A program made the position numbers and the translations under genes. A stretch of DNA of 64,000 nucleotides from an uncultured virus (IMG/VR IMGVR_UViG_3300031787_008607) (taxonomy: Duplodnaviria > Heunggongvirae > Uroviricota > Caudoviricetes), in IMG/VR virus record IMGVR_UViG_3300031787_008607, positions 62,001-126,000 of that record; one strand, written 5' to 3'. Shown here one piece after another: positions 34,029-44,174 of this stretch (positions are counted from its first letter, which is position 1; each line of letters opens with the position of its first letter). Under the pieces are notes generated by a model. The model was not told where the DNA came from. It was given only the letters and a program-made list of their open reading frames with translations, and searched no databases.

Positions 34029-35876
34029 ATGAGTGAAAATAAACTAACGGTATGGCAAAGGTTATCACAGACCTTTGGCCCTAATTCATTATTAGGTCAG
34101 GATTACCCTACATACAAATATGATAAAAGCGAGTTATTAAAAACAACCTCAAAGGCCGAATACGAAAGAGAGAAACTTCAAGCTCAACAAACATATTATT
34201 TGGCGAACCAATGGGGTCGAATTGAAAATAATCTATATACTCAAGCAGTTTATTACGAACCAACCCGTTTAGCATCTTTTTATGACTATGAGTCAATGGA
34301 GTTTACACCTGAAATTGGTGCTGCTTTAGACATTTACGCTGAGGAATCTACCACCATCAATCAAGATGGTTACATGTTACAAATTTATTCTGAATCGTCA
34401 AGAATTAAATCAATTCTTGGGGATTTGTTTAATAACGCTTTAGATATTAACACTAACTTACCCATGTGGACAAGAAACACATGTAAGTATGGTGATAACT
34501 TTGTTTATATAAAATTAGACCCTGAAAAAGGTGTTGTAGGATGTATGCAGTTACCAATTATTGAAATTGAACGATTGGAAGCGGGTATGGGTTCACATTC
34601 AACTGATTCAACTACTAATCCTGAAAAAAAACATTTAAAGTTTAAATGGAAACAGAAAGATTTAGAATTTAATACTTGGGAAATTGCTCACTTCAGATTA
34701 TTAGGTGATGATAGAAGATTACCTTATGGTACATCTATGTTAGAAAAAGCTCGTCGTATTTGGAAACAATTATTGTTATCAGAAGATGCGATGTTAATTT
34801 ACAGAACATCAAGAGCTCCTGAAAGACGTGTATTTAAAGTGTTTGTTGGAAATATGGATGATGCGGATGTTGAACCATATATCCAAAGATTTGCGAATAA
34901 ATTTAAGAGAAGTCAAACTGTTGACCCAAAATCGGGTAATGTAGATATGAGATTTAATCAGATGGCGGTTGACCAAGATTATTTCGTTCCTGTTAGAGAT
35001 ACCGCACAGGCAAGTCCTATTGAGACATTAGCGGGGGCACAGAACCTATCTGAAATTGCGGATATCGAATATATCCAAAAGAAATTATTAACAGCTTTAA
35101 GAGTACCTAAAGCGTTTTTAGGTTTTGAAGAAACTGTTGGTGACGGTAAAAATTTATCACTACAAGATATTCGTTTTGCAAGAACTATTAACAGAATTCA
35201 AAAAAATATGATTTCTGAATTGAATAAAATTGCTATTATACATTTATTCATTTTAGGTTTTGAAGATGAAATATCAAATTTCCAACTTAGTTTAACAAAT
35301 CCGTCAACTCAGGCAGATTTGATGAAAATTGATGTATGGAAAGAAAAGATTTTATTATATAAGGATTTAGTTGCTGACCCTGGTAGTGGAATTGCACCAG
35401 TGTCTATGTCATGGGCTAAGAAACACATTCTTGGGTTTTCTGATGAAGAAATTAAACTTGACTTACAACAACAACGTATTGAAAGAGCCGTTGGTGAAGA
35501 ACTTAAGAAAACTGCTGAAGTTATTACTCATACAGGTTTATTTGATAATTTAGATAAATTATATGGTAAAAAAGAGGGTGAACCAGCAGGTGCCCCATCA
35601 GAAGGTGGGGGAGCACCACCTGAATCAGGATTAGGAGGAATGGAAGGATTTGGAGGTGGTTCCGAAAGTGCTGCACCACCATCTGAAAGTCCTGCCCCAC
35701 CACCGGCAGAAGGTGCGGGTACAGTTCCTGAAAACATAGAAAAACGTAATTCAGGACTTAATATTTTATTAGAAAATAGTGGAATGTTAAATGAAGATGA
35801 ACTGATTGATTTAGGTAGAGTTCAAGAATCATTGGGTGAAATTGGAAATCAATTGGATAAACTATTAAAGGATTGA
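34029..35876 (+). CDS. portal protein (T4 gp20-like)
   Basis: EDAMLIYRTSRAPERRVF, DYFVP, DIEYIQKKLLTALRVPK, DIRFARTINRIQ. Confidence 0.95.
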   Translation: MSENKLTVWQRLSQTFGPNSLLGQDYPTYKYDKSELLKTTSKAEYEREKLQAQQTYYLANQWGRIENNLYTQAVYYEPTRLASFYDYESMEFTPEIGAALDIYAEESTTINQDGYMLQIYSESSRIKSILGDLFNNALDINTNLPMWTRNTCKYGDNFVYIKLDPEKGVVGCMQLPIIEIERLEAGMGSHSTDSTTNPEKKHLKFKWKQKDLEFNTWEIAHFRLLGDDRRLPYGTSMLEKARRIWKQLLLSEDAMLIYRTSRAPERRVFKVFVGNMDDADVEPYIQRFANKFKRSQTVDPKSGNVDMRFNQMAVDQDYFVPVRDTAQASPIETLAGAQNLSEIADIEYIQKKLLTALRVPKAFLGFEETVGDGKNLSLQDIRFARTINRIQKNMISELNKIAIIHLFILGFEDEISNFQLSLTNPSTQADLMKIDVWKEKILLYKDLVADPGSGIAPVSMSWAKKHILGFSDEEIKLDLQQQRIERAVGEELKKTAEVITHTGLFDNLDKLYGKKEGEPAGAPSEGGGAPPESGLGGMEGFGGGSESAAPPSESPAPPPAEGAGTVPENIEKRNSGLNILLENSGMLNEDELIDLGRVQESLGEIGNQLDKLLKD

Positions 35877-35900
35877 TATTTATAATTAAATTATTATAAA

Positions 35901-36611
35901 ATGAGATTCGGAATAATTAAAACACTAGTAGAAAATAAGTTGGTAGAGTCATTCAAAAATGAAACTCTTAAAACTGATATGTATCTTTTTAACAAAAAAC
36001 TATTAAAAAATAAAGATTTTGTTAAAATGATGTCAATTTATGACAACCTAAATGAAAACAAAGGTTTAGATAAAGAAACTTCCAATTACTTGGTTGAGGA
36101 TATGGTTTCAGAATTTAGAAATTTGAAACTTTCAGAATCAACAAATAAGTTTATTAAAAGTTGGACAAAGGATATAGTTTTAGAAAACAAATATGAAACT
36201 ATTGATGATTTATTGTATGGTGATTTGATTAAACCTGAAAAAAAATCAATTGCTAAAAAGAAAATTGTTGAAAGTTTAACTAAAACTAAACCAATTGTTG
36301 AAAGTAAAACACCCAAAGTTCCAATTAGTTCAATGTTAAAAGTTGCTAATAAAACTGCTGAAAAATATTTAGAAAATTTAACTGAATCAGAAAGAAATTC
36401 AATTAAAGAAATTTTAACTTCAAAAGAAGAAAATTTAAAAAGTAAATTTGATGAATTAAAAGAAAATGCTGTTCAAAAAATTGATACATTAATTTCAGAA
36501 TCTGATGAAGAACTTAAAAATGTTTTAATTGAGACAAAAGAAAGAATTACAAATTCTAAACCATCTAAAAAAGAATATATTAAGTTATTGAGTTTAACTC
36601 AAAATTTATAA
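35901..36611 (+). CDS. putative prohead core protein
   Basis: between portal and protease; dense LVE/LNE/LSE/IVE/LTE/ISE sites. Confidence 0.6.
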   Translation: MRFGIIKTLVENKLVESFKNETLKTDMYLFNKKLLKNKDFVKMMSIYDNLNENKGLDKETSNYLVEDMVSEFRNLKLSESTNKFIKSWTKDIVLENKYETIDDLLYGDLIKPEKKSIAKKKIVESLTKTKPIVESKTPKVPISSMLKVANKTAEKYLENLTESERNSIKEILTSKEENLKSKFDELKENAVQKIDTLISESDEELKNVLIETKERITNSKPSKKEYIKLLSLTQNL

Positions 36612-36791
36612 TTCAGTATTCTTTGAATTTTTATAAATTGCATTTTTTAAAATCTGACGTTTTGTGTCAGATTTTTTTTTGTAGTATTTTCCTTCCTGTA
36701 ATTTTTTTACAAGTTGAGTTTTAACTACTTTTTGTTTAAACATTTTTAAAGCTTTTTCCACCTCGTTATTTCTGACAGGGATAATTAACAT
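36606..36791 (-). CDS. rpsU: ribosomal protein bS21
   Basis: MLIIPVRNNEVEKALKMFKQKVVKT..LQEGKYYKKKSDTKR..AIY, Bacteroidota-like bS21; start refined to 36791 (61 aa). Confidence 0.85.
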   Translation of the reverse strand: MLIIPVRNNEVEKALKMFKQKVVKTQLVKKLQEGKYYKKKSDTKRQILKNAIYKNSKNTEL

Positions 36792-36861
36792 TTTTTTGAC
36801 AACTATATTTTTGTGTGTTATTATTAATATATAAATAAACGAAGATATGAAAAAATTGTAA

Positions 36862-37326
36862 ATGAAAAAAGGAAAAAGTTGTGTAATCAAAGGTTACAAA
36901 CAAATAAAGTGTTCGTATGGAACTGTGGATTCGAAAAACTTAAAATCTATTTACTTAAACATCCAATCTTGGGTTGAACCAAAAGGTTTAGAAATGGATT
37001 GGTCACGACCTGTATCAATACTCAACAAAAATATAAAAACAACTCTTGGTGATATGATTAACAAAGATTTATTTAATGATAAATTTATTGTTGATTTAGA
37101 TTTAAGAACAAGTGGAATATCAATTAAAAAACGGTCTTTCATGAATTTAGAAATAACTCTTTTTGTTAAAACAGAAATGGGGTTTAAATCAACAGAGTTA
37201 AAAAATGAATTAAAAAATATAATATCACAAATAGACAAATACTGTTTTAAACCTTCAAAATATTTTAAATTTTATTTAACTAAAAAGGATAAATTAAATA
37301 CTACCGATAAATTAGAAAGTATTTAA
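36862..37326 (+). CDS. hypothetical protein
   Basis: ORF in head module. Confidence 0.7.
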   Translation: MKKGKSCVIKGYKQIKCSYGTVDSKNLKSIYLNIQSWVEPKGLEMDWSRPVSILNKNIKTTLGDMINKDLFNDKFIVDLDLRTSGISIKKRSFMNLEITLFVKTEMGFKSTELKNELKNIISQIDKYCFKPSKYFKFYLTKKDKLNTTDKLESI

Positions 37327-37349
37327 TATTTATCTAATAAAAAGGTAAA

Positions 37350-38069
37350 ATGCAAAATTATAAAATATTAGGCCCAAGAGAGACAGGAAGAGGTATTTTA
37401 ATTGAGATGGATGCGGGATATGTTTCCCCAACAGAAAAACATAATCAAACATTCTTACAAGAAAGTAGGGACTTTAAAGATTATTCAAAACCATTTGAGT
37501 TTTATGCCGTTCTACAAAAATATAACACACCAAATAGAAATGGTAGAATATATCCTGAAAGAATTTTAAAGAGAGAATCTGAAAATTATATAAAAAATTA
37601 TATAGGTAAAAAAACTGCCTTATCTGAACTTAACCATCCTGAATCTTCGTTAATAGATTTGGATAGAGTATCACACATGATTACAGAGATGTGGTGGGAT
37701 GGTAATGTTCTATTAGGTAAGTTATTACTTCTAACCTCACCAGGGTTCCATGAAAGAGGTATTGTGTCAACAAAGGGTGACCAAGCAGCAAACCTATTAA
37801 GATTAGGTGTAACGTTAGGTATATCATCAAGAGGGGTAGGTTCTTTAAAAAAAGTAGGTGACCAAAATGAAGTACAAGATGATTTTGAATTAATTTGTTT
37901 TGACTTAGTATCTTCACCGTCAACACCAGGAGCTTATTTATTTACTGAACCTGATGGAAGATTTGCGTTTGAAGAGAACCTACAAGAAGAAAACGAAATG
38001 AAAGCTGCAAGAACAGTTAACAAATCGCTTGATTTAATGGGAAGACTTTCCGATTATTTAAAAAAATAA
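37350..38069 (+). CDS. prohead core protease (T4 gp21-like)
   Basis: NRNGRIYP, ELNHP, VSH, GISSRGVGS, FDLVSSPSTPGA. Confidence 0.92.
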   Translation: MQNYKILGPRETGRGILIEMDAGYVSPTEKHNQTFLQESRDFKDYSKPFEFYAVLQKYNTPNRNGRIYPERILKRESENYIKNYIGKKTALSELNHPESSLIDLDRVSHMITEMWWDGNVLLGKLLLLTSPGFHERGIVSTKGDQAANLLRLGVTLGISSRGVGSLKKVGDQNEVQDDFELICFDLVSSPSTPGAYLFTEPDGRFAFEENLQEENEMKAARTVNKSLDLMGRLSDYLKK

Positions 38070-38075
38070 ATAATT

Positions 38076-38291
38076 ATGGAAATGGACGAAAAATACTTTG
38101 TGGCAAAAATCCAATACGATTTGCCAGATGAAAACACAGGAAAAATTAAAAAAGTAAGAGAAGAAAAACTTGTAAAAGGTTATTCAGTTACTGATGTAGA
38201 AGCTAAAGTTACTGAGGCTTACAAATCATTTAGTTATGATTGGAGAATTACTTCAGTTAGTGAAAGTAAAATTGACGAAGTGTTTGAGTAA
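38076..38291 (+). CDS. DUF4494-like protein
   Basis: YFVAKIQY..GKIKKVREE.LV..SVTDVEA..ITSVSESKI.EV. Confidence 0.6.
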   Translation: MEMDEKYFVAKIQYDLPDENTGKIKKVREEKLVKGYSVTDVEAKVTEAYKSFSYDWRITSVSESKIDEVFE

Positions 38292-38312
38292 TTACAAAGT
38301 AAAAAAACATTT

Positions 38313-38339
38313 AAAAGAGGACAAAAGTCCTCTTTTTTT
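38313..38339 (+). terminator. intrinsic terminator
   Basis: aaaagaggac-aaaa-gtcctcttttttt. Confidence 0.8.
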
Positions 38340-38406
38340 ATGCTCTAACAAAAAAAAATTAATTTTTATAAACATTCATATATTTATTTAATAAAATAAC
38401 TACGCA

Positions 38407-39825
38407 ATGGCAGAAAAAAACTTAGTTGAAGAAGCGTTAATCCAAATACAAAATTTGGAAGAAGCTATCAATGAAAACGCAAAAGAAATACTTCATTCTA
38501 CAATGAAAGAAGAAATTAGCGAATTAGTAAAAGAGTCTATGAAAAATGAGGCTGAAGAAGATGAATTTGAAGTTGAAGACGAATTAGAATTTGAAGATTC
38601 TGAGGAAGAAGAAAACGAATTTGAATCTGAAGATGAAGAATCTGAAGAGGAAGAAGACGAATTTGGAACTGAAGAAGACGAAGATTCTGAAGAGGAATTT
38701 GACATGACAGATTTATCTGATATGGGTGGTGAAGATGAATTTAATTCTATGGAAGTTACTGATTTAACTGACAGTTCTATGGAAGATGTCCTTAAAGCTT
38801 TTAAACAAATGAGTGCAGATGACAGTTTTGAAATTAAAAAAGAAGGTGATTTTATTCATTTAAAAGATGAAGAAGATGAATACCTTATTCAAACTGAATC
38901 TGAACAAGAAGAGTATGAAGGTTGGGAATCTGAAGAAGAGGAAGAAGAATTAGATGAAATCGTTTACGAAATTGAAATGAATGAAGAGGAAGAGGAAGAA
39001 GAGTTGGATGAAATGTGGGGTAGCAAAAAAGGTGAGTACTCAAGAGAACACGGACACGAAGACGGCGATGGTTTAGATTATGAAGAAGATGAATACGAAC
39101 TTGAAGAAGAAGTATTTACTGAATCTACTAAAGCTGTAGTTGGTAAAGGTGTTAAATTGGGTAACGCTAAAACTGCTGGTGTTGTTAAAAAGACACAAGG
39201 TGGTTTTAACGAAAAGAAAGCTCACGCAAATCCTACAAAAGGTACAGGTAAACCTAAATTTGAGTTCAAAGAAGAAGCTTCAATGGACACGGATAGACCT
39301 AAAAAATTCGGAACAAAAGAAGAAGCTAAAGAAGCTGCTCGTACTTACGGATTTGGTTCTAAAAAAGGACGTGGTTTAAGAAAGGGTATTACACCTAACA
39401 GAAACTTAACGTTTGAAAGCCGTGAAATTATGGAAGAAGTTGAAATGTTAAGAGCTAAAAATGAAGAATACAGAAAGGCTCTAAATATGTTTAGAGACAA
39501 ACTTAACGAAGTTGCAGTGTTTAATTCAAATTTAGCATACGCTACAAGATTGTTCACAGAACACTCTACGTCAAAGCAAGAAAAGATTAACATTTTAAGA
39601 AGATTTGATACCGCAGACACTCTTAAAGAATCTAAAGCTCTTTATAAGACAATAAAAGACGAGTTAGGTGGTGCTACCACTAAAGCTCCGATGACAGAAT
39701 CAATCGAAAGAGTGATGGATAAAGTTCCACAATCAGGTTCAGCTGTGAATTTGATTGAATCAAAAACTTACGAAAATCCTCAATTCTTGAGAATGAAAGA
39801 CATTATGTCAAAAATAATAAAATAA
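38407..39825 (+). CDS. prohead scaffolding protein (gp22-like)
   Basis: highly acidic coiled protein directly before MCP; LNEVAVFNSNLAY; many xxE sites. Confidence 0.75.
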   Translation: MAEKNLVEEALIQIQNLEEAINENAKEILHSTMKEEISELVKESMKNEAEEDEFEVEDELEFEDSEEEENEFESEDEESEEEEDEFGTEEDEDSEEEFDMTDLSDMGGEDEFNSMEVTDLTDSSMEDVLKAFKQMSADDSFEIKKEGDFIHLKDEEDEYLIQTESEQEEYEGWESEEEEEELDEIVYEIEMNEEEEEEELDEMWGSKKGEYSREHGHEDGDGLDYEEDEYELEEEVFTESTKAVVGKGVKLGNAKTAGVVKKTQGGFNEKKAHANPTKGTGKPKFEFKEEASMDTDRPKKFGTKEEAKEAARTYGFGSKKGRGLRKGITPNRNLTFESREIMEEVEMLRAKNEEYRKALNMFRDKLNEVAVFNSNLAYATRLFTEHSTSKQEKINILRRFDTADTLKESKALYKTIKDELGGATTKAPMTESIERVMDKVPQSGSAVNLIESKTYENPQFLRMKDIMSKIIK

Positions 39826-39856
39826 ACTTAAAAAAATAAAAAACCTATAAAATAAA

Positions 39857-41707
39857 ATGGGAGCATTATTAGAAAGTGGATTAGTAGGTAACATCGGTCT
39901 TAAGCACTTGAAAGTTATCAAAGAAGACACTATAAACAAATGGGACAAATTAGGGTTCCTTGAAGGTCTTAGAGGCCACCTAAAAGAAAACGTTGCTCAG
40001 TTGTATGAAAACCAAGCATCATTCTTAATTAACGAAGCGGCTTCAACTGCTGATTCAGGTTCATTCGAAACTGTGGTATTCCCTATCATCAGACGTGTGT
40101 TCTCTAAATTATTAGCTAACGAAATCGTATCTGTACAAGCTATGAACTTACCAATCGGTAAATTGTTCTACTTTGTACCTCAAATTCAAGGTTATTCTGC
40201 AGCAACTCCAACACAAGGAGCTTCAGGAGAAGCTGGACACAGAGCACCTGTAGGTTCTCCTGGAAACTATCCTGGTGACCCAAATGCTGGTTACACTGAT
40301 TCAACTGCGTATCCAAAGAACCTTTATGATTTATTCTATGAAGGAAATGAACCAGGTTTAAACCCATCAGGTCTTTTTGATTATTCAAAAGGTGGTTGGT
40401 ATTGGGTTACTGGTGCAACTAACCAAGTAGTTTGGTCAAACGGTTCATTAGTAGTATCTGGATATGGTTCAGGTGAATACAGAAAATTACTTTTAGTAAT
40501 GTCTGGTTTCACATCAGTAGGTGACGGTAAGTTAATTGGCCCTGATGGACAAGAAATGGATACTGAAACATTCCTTTCTGATTTAACTTTATTACCAACT
40601 TCTGCATTAGCTGCAAGAATTAACGCATCTGGTGGTAATGTTACTACTTCTACACCACTTTTATTCCGTGTTGTTACACAAAAATACGGTAAAGGTATTG
40701 TTGAATATGGTACTAGCAAAACTACAACATGGCCAGGTGGAGCAACTCCAGGAAATGGAGGTTCGTTCTATGATGTATGTAGTGCTGATGGTGTTATCTA
40801 CTTAGAAGTTGATTTACAAACACCAGCATGTATCTCTTGTGGAGCATCTACTCCTGATGGTTACACTGGAACTACTTTCACAACTACTTTAACGGGTGTT
40901 ACAACTAACACAGCAGTTACTGCATATTGGAAGCGTTACCAAGAGTTAGAATTTGAAGACAAAATTGGTGAAGTTTCTTTCGACCTTCAATCAGTAACAG
41001 TTTCTGTGACTGAAAGAAAGTTAAGAGCACAATGGTCTCCAGAACTTGCTCAAGACGTTGCAGCGTTCCACAACATCGATGCTGAAGCTGAATTAACAGC
41101 TTTATTATCTGAGCAAGTGGCAGCTGAAATTGACCGTGAAATCTTACGTGACTTACGTAAAGGTGCGGCTTGGACATTACGTTGGGATTACAACGGATGG
41201 AAGCGTCTGAACAACCAATCAACTCCTTACACTCAAAAGGACTGGAATCAAACGTTGATTACTGCAATCAACCAAATTTCAGCTCAAATCCATAAGTCTA
41301 CTTTAAGAGGTGGAGCTAACTGGATTGTTGTATCTTCTGAAATCAGTGCTATCTTTGATGACTTGGAATACTTCCACGTATCAAACGCGGCTCCTGAGCA
41401 AGACCAATACAACATGGGTATTGAAAGAGTTGGTACTTTGAGTGGTCGTTACCAAGTATACCGTGACCCATACTTCCCACCAAACACTGTGTTGATTGGT
41501 CACAAAGGTACTTCGTTATTGGATACTGGATATATCTACGCTCCATACGTACCATTACAATTAACTCCAACAATGTATAACCCATTCAACTTTACTCCTA
41601 TCAAGGGTATTATGACACGTTACGCTAAGAAGATGGTTAACAACCGTTTCTATGGACGTATCATCGTTGATGGTGTTCGTACATTCGATTTGAATGAATT
41701 AAGATAA
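39857..41707 (+). CDS. major capsid protein (T4 gp23-like)
   Basis: LINE propeptide site, PIIRRVF..LANEIVSVQAM, RKLRAQWSPELAQD, YAPYVPL, GIMTRY; large insertion domain. Confidence 0.96.
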   Translation: MGALLESGLVGNIGLKHLKVIKEDTINKWDKLGFLEGLRGHLKENVAQLYENQASFLINEAASTADSGSFETVVFPIIRRVFSKLLANEIVSVQAMNLPIGKLFYFVPQIQGYSAATPTQGASGEAGHRAPVGSPGNYPGDPNAGYTDSTAYPKNLYDLFYEGNEPGLNPSGLFDYSKGGWYWVTGATNQVVWSNGSLVVSGYGSGEYRKLLLVMSGFTSVGDGKLIGPDGQEMDTETFLSDLTLLPTSALAARINASGGNVTTSTPLLFRVVTQKYGKGIVEYGTSKTTTWPGGATPGNGGSFYDVCSADGVIYLEVDLQTPACISCGASTPDGYTGTTFTTTLTGVTTNTAVTAYWKRYQELEFEDKIGEVSFDLQSVTVSVTERKLRAQWSPELAQDVAAFHNIDAEAELTALLSEQVAAEIDREILRDLRKGAAWTLRWDYNGWKRLNNQSTPYTQKDWNQTLITAINQISAQIHKSTLRGGANWIVVSSEISAIFDDLEYFHVSNAAPEQDQYNMGIERVGTLSGRYQVYRDPYFPPNTVLIGHKGTSLLDTGYIYAPYVPLQLTPTMYNPFNFTPIKGIMTRYAKKMVNNRFYGRIIVDGVRTFDLNELR

Positions 41708-41726
41708 TCTTATCTTAATCTATAAT

Positions 41727-41756
41727 AAAAAGGGACAAGAAATTGTCCCTTTTTTT
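41727..41756. terminator. intrinsic terminator after MCP
   Basis: aaaagggacaa-gaaa-ttgtcccttttttt. Confidence 0.85.
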
Positions 41757-42009
41757 ATTTGTCTAACATTCTTAAAGACTTTGAAATTATTTCAGATTCA
41801 ACTAAAGTGAAAGCTCCTCTTTTATAAGCGGAAACTAATGATTGTATAATACAATTATTTGCGTCTTCTTTAGTAAAATTTAAAATAAAATAATCTAAAT
41901 CTTCATTTGTGTTAAATTGAAATACGTCGAATAGAACAGTTTCAGGTGATAAATTATTTATTTTATTTTTTAATTCGTCTTTTAATTGTTCTTCATTAGA
42001 ATGTTCCAT
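41755..42009 (-). CDS. hypothetical protein
   Basis: ORF; AYKRGAFTLVESE. Confidence 0.65.
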   Translation of the reverse strand: MEHSNEEQLKDELKNKINNLSPETVLFDVFQFNTNEDLDYFILNFTKEDANNCIIQSLVSAYKRGAFTLVESEIISKSLRMLDK

Positions 42010-42051
42010 AGCATGATATATTTATATTAAAGATAGTAAAAAAAAATCCAT

Positions 42052-43002
42052 ATGAAAAGTAACGTTATATTAGAAATATTAAAAAAGTTCAAGGAGTATG
42101 ACGATTATGTAAATGAGTCAACCTCAACAGGTGATGCGGGTAGTTATAGAGCCCCATTAAGACCTGGTTTAAAATTATGGGATAAAAATATTTTGAAACC
42201 TTTTACAGAACCGTTAAATGGTTATGATAATGCGGAAGTATATGTTGATTCACTTGATGGTAATATTGATACAAAGGGTGTTAAAAGAAAAGAAAAAATT
42301 TCGGTTGCAATTTCAAAGTCAGACAAAAAACATCCTGTTCAAAATGATGAAGATGGTAGTGACTTAAATGATAACCCTGTTAATGCGGAATTAATTAAAA
42401 AAGTTTTTGGTAAAAAGAAAATAAAAGAAGGTACTCATAGTTCTACAAGTGCTGGTGAGTATAGCGGGCCAATTGAGTTAGGTTTAAAAAAATGGAGAAA
42501 ACAAGAACTTGACCCATTTAGTGATGACAGTAATCATCATACAACAAGTAAAGCTAAGAAAAAAAATATTAAAAATAATATTAAAAAAACTGTTGGTGTT
42601 TGGGAAAAACATCCTGAAAGTGGATATGAAATACCGTCTCACGATGTTCATACAATTAATGAAGATTTGGGTGTTTGGTTTGGGACTAAGAAAAAACCTA
42701 AAGGTAGTAAACAACCTAAAGGGCCTTGGGTGAATATATGTAAAAAGGTTGATGGTAAACATCCACCATGTGGGAGACCTGATGCATCATCTAAATCTTA
42801 CCCAAAATGTAGAGCCGCAGGGGTTGCAGGTAAAATGTCAGATTCTCAAAAAAAAGCCGCTTGTCAACAAAAAAGAAGAGCTGAGAAGAAAGATACTCAA
42901 ACAGGTAAAGGTCAAAAACCTGTTATGACTTCATATAAACCTAAAAAGAAAAAGACCAACGAATCGGTCTTAATATCTTTAATTAGAAAGGCTTTAGATT
43001 AA
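42052..43002 (+). CDS. modular putative virion protein (repeated modules after xxE sites)
   Basis: VNE-STSTGDAGSY.., IKE-GTHSSTSAGEY.., INE-DLGVWF..PWVNIC..PPCGR..YPKC. Confidence 0.7.
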   Translation: MKSNVILEILKKFKEYDDYVNESTSTGDAGSYRAPLRPGLKLWDKNILKPFTEPLNGYDNAEVYVDSLDGNIDTKGVKRKEKISVAISKSDKKHPVQNDEDGSDLNDNPVNAELIKKVFGKKKIKEGTHSSTSAGEYSGPIELGLKKWRKQELDPFSDDSNHHTTSKAKKKNIKNNIKKTVGVWEKHPESGYEIPSHDVHTINEDLGVWFGTKKKPKGSKQPKGPWVNICKKVDGKHPPCGRPDASSKSYPKCRAAGVAGKMSDSQKKAACQQKRRAEKKDTQTGKGQKPVMTSYKPKKKKTNESVLISLIRKALD

Positions 43003-43244
43003 TAAATACTTTTACTAACTCTAATACCGGGTCTAAGAGGTTCGTAAGTTCTTTCAGGTCTTGAGTATTGTCCTGTACCATATTCTGAATTAAGGTTTTC
43101 TAACGCTTTCCTATAATCACCTGAATCATCAGATAATAACCTATCAATAACATCTTGGATTAAACTTCTATCTAATCTTCCGTATTCAGGTTCTTGTGAC
43201 ATTTCTTTTATTGCTTTTTTAATTTGACTATTTAACTTTGACAT
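42999..43244 (-). CDS. hypothetical protein
   Basis: MSKLNSQIKKAIKE leader. Confidence 0.65.
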   Translation of the reverse strand: MSKLNSQIKKAIKEMSQEPEYGRLDRSLIQDVIDRLLSDDSGDYRKALENLNSEYGTGQYSRPERTYEPLRPGIRVSKSIY

Positions 43245-43254
43245 TATAATAATA

Positions 43255-43659
43255 TTAGTGATTTATTTTACTATAAATATTATCAAGAGAATGATTAATT
43301 TGAGTTTCTAATTCTTTTTCAATCTCCATGGCTCTATGTTCCATTTCTTTACGGAATGTATTAACCAATTTATCCCATTGACTTTTACTTAATTTAATAA
43401 AATAACTGTATGTATGATTTGTTACAGTTATTTGACCACCGTCCATAGTAACAAAAATACCTAATTTATCATTACGGATATATTTTTTGTCAGATATTGG
43501 AGCGATTATGAGTTCAGAATCCTCCGAATGAATGAGTTTTCTACATATGGTGGAACATTTCCTCACGTTAGACATATAAATGTCAAATTCGGTACTTTCT
43601 CGGTCTAATCGACGTAGATATAGACGATATTTAACCCATAGTTTTTTTATTATAGTCAT
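43255..43659 (-). CDS. hypothetical protein
   Basis: ORF; host-type promoter at 43679-43709. Confidence 0.65.
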   Translation of the reverse strand: MTIIKKLWVKYRLYLRRLDRESTEFDIYMSNVRKCSTICRKLIHSEDSELIIAPISDKKYIRNDKLGIFVTMDGGQITVTNHTYSYFIKLSKSQWDKLVNTFRKEMEHRAMEIEKELETQINHSLDNIYSKINH

Positions 43660-43678
43660 GTCATTTATGATTTGACTA

Positions 43679-43709
43679 CAAATATACTATGTTTTTTTAA
43701 TAATTCAAA
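43679..43709 (-). promoter_or_regulatory. Bacteroidota-type -33/-7 promoter
   Basis: minus-strand TTTG, 19-nt spacer, TATATTTG. Confidence 0.65.
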
Positions 43710-43717
43710 ATGTTTTG

Positions 43718-44173
43718 TTAACAATAAGCCCCTGAACAGTGTTTTTTTCCGTCTAAACCAGGTTTTGTACCTTTACATACCTGTACCGCATAACCATTAG
43801 CATATGCTGAAGGGTAAACATCAAATTTAGCTTTAGCTGCCGATTTACCACGTGCACAAAGTTTAGTACCTGCTTTTTTACGACCTTCCATCATGATATC
43901 TTCTTGAGGTTTAACTGCATCATCAGAACTAAACTTATCACCTTTGATTTCATTCATCATAAAATCAAATACTTGGTCTAAGTTATTTTTAGATTCGGCA
44001 ATGTGGTCTTGAGCCCAATCGTGACCATTGTTTAAAATATTTTCAACGTCATCTTTAGGTATAGATAAAAGTATCTCACATTGACGGTGCATTTGTTCTA
44101 AATTACTGAAAAACATATATCTTTCATTTTGTTCTTTTAATACTTGTTTAATTAAATTGTCTAAGTTTTTCAT
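43718..44173 (-). CDS. two-module phage protein
   Basis: MKNLDNLIKQVLKEQ leader; HDWAQDHI module; MME junction; LCARGKSAAKAKFDVYPSAYAN module. Confidence 0.7.
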   Translation of the reverse strand: MKNLDNLIKQVLKEQNERYMFFSNLEQMHRQCEILLSIPKDDVENILNNGHDWAQDHIAESKNNLDQVFDFMMNEIKGDKFSSDDAVKPQEDIMMEGRKKAGTKLCARGKSAAKAKFDVYPSAYANGYAVQVCKGTKPGLDGKKHCSGAYC

Positions 44174-44174
44174 A

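Noticed and set aside
36792..36890. N-terminal extension of bS21 in the ORF track
   Set aside because: Overlaps the divergent gene and promoter; bS21 similarity starts at MLIIP (36791)
32122..41707. Inteins or group I introns in terminase, portal or MCP
   Set aside because: Frames are continuous with no intein C...HN motifs; extra MCP length looks like a surface insertion domain
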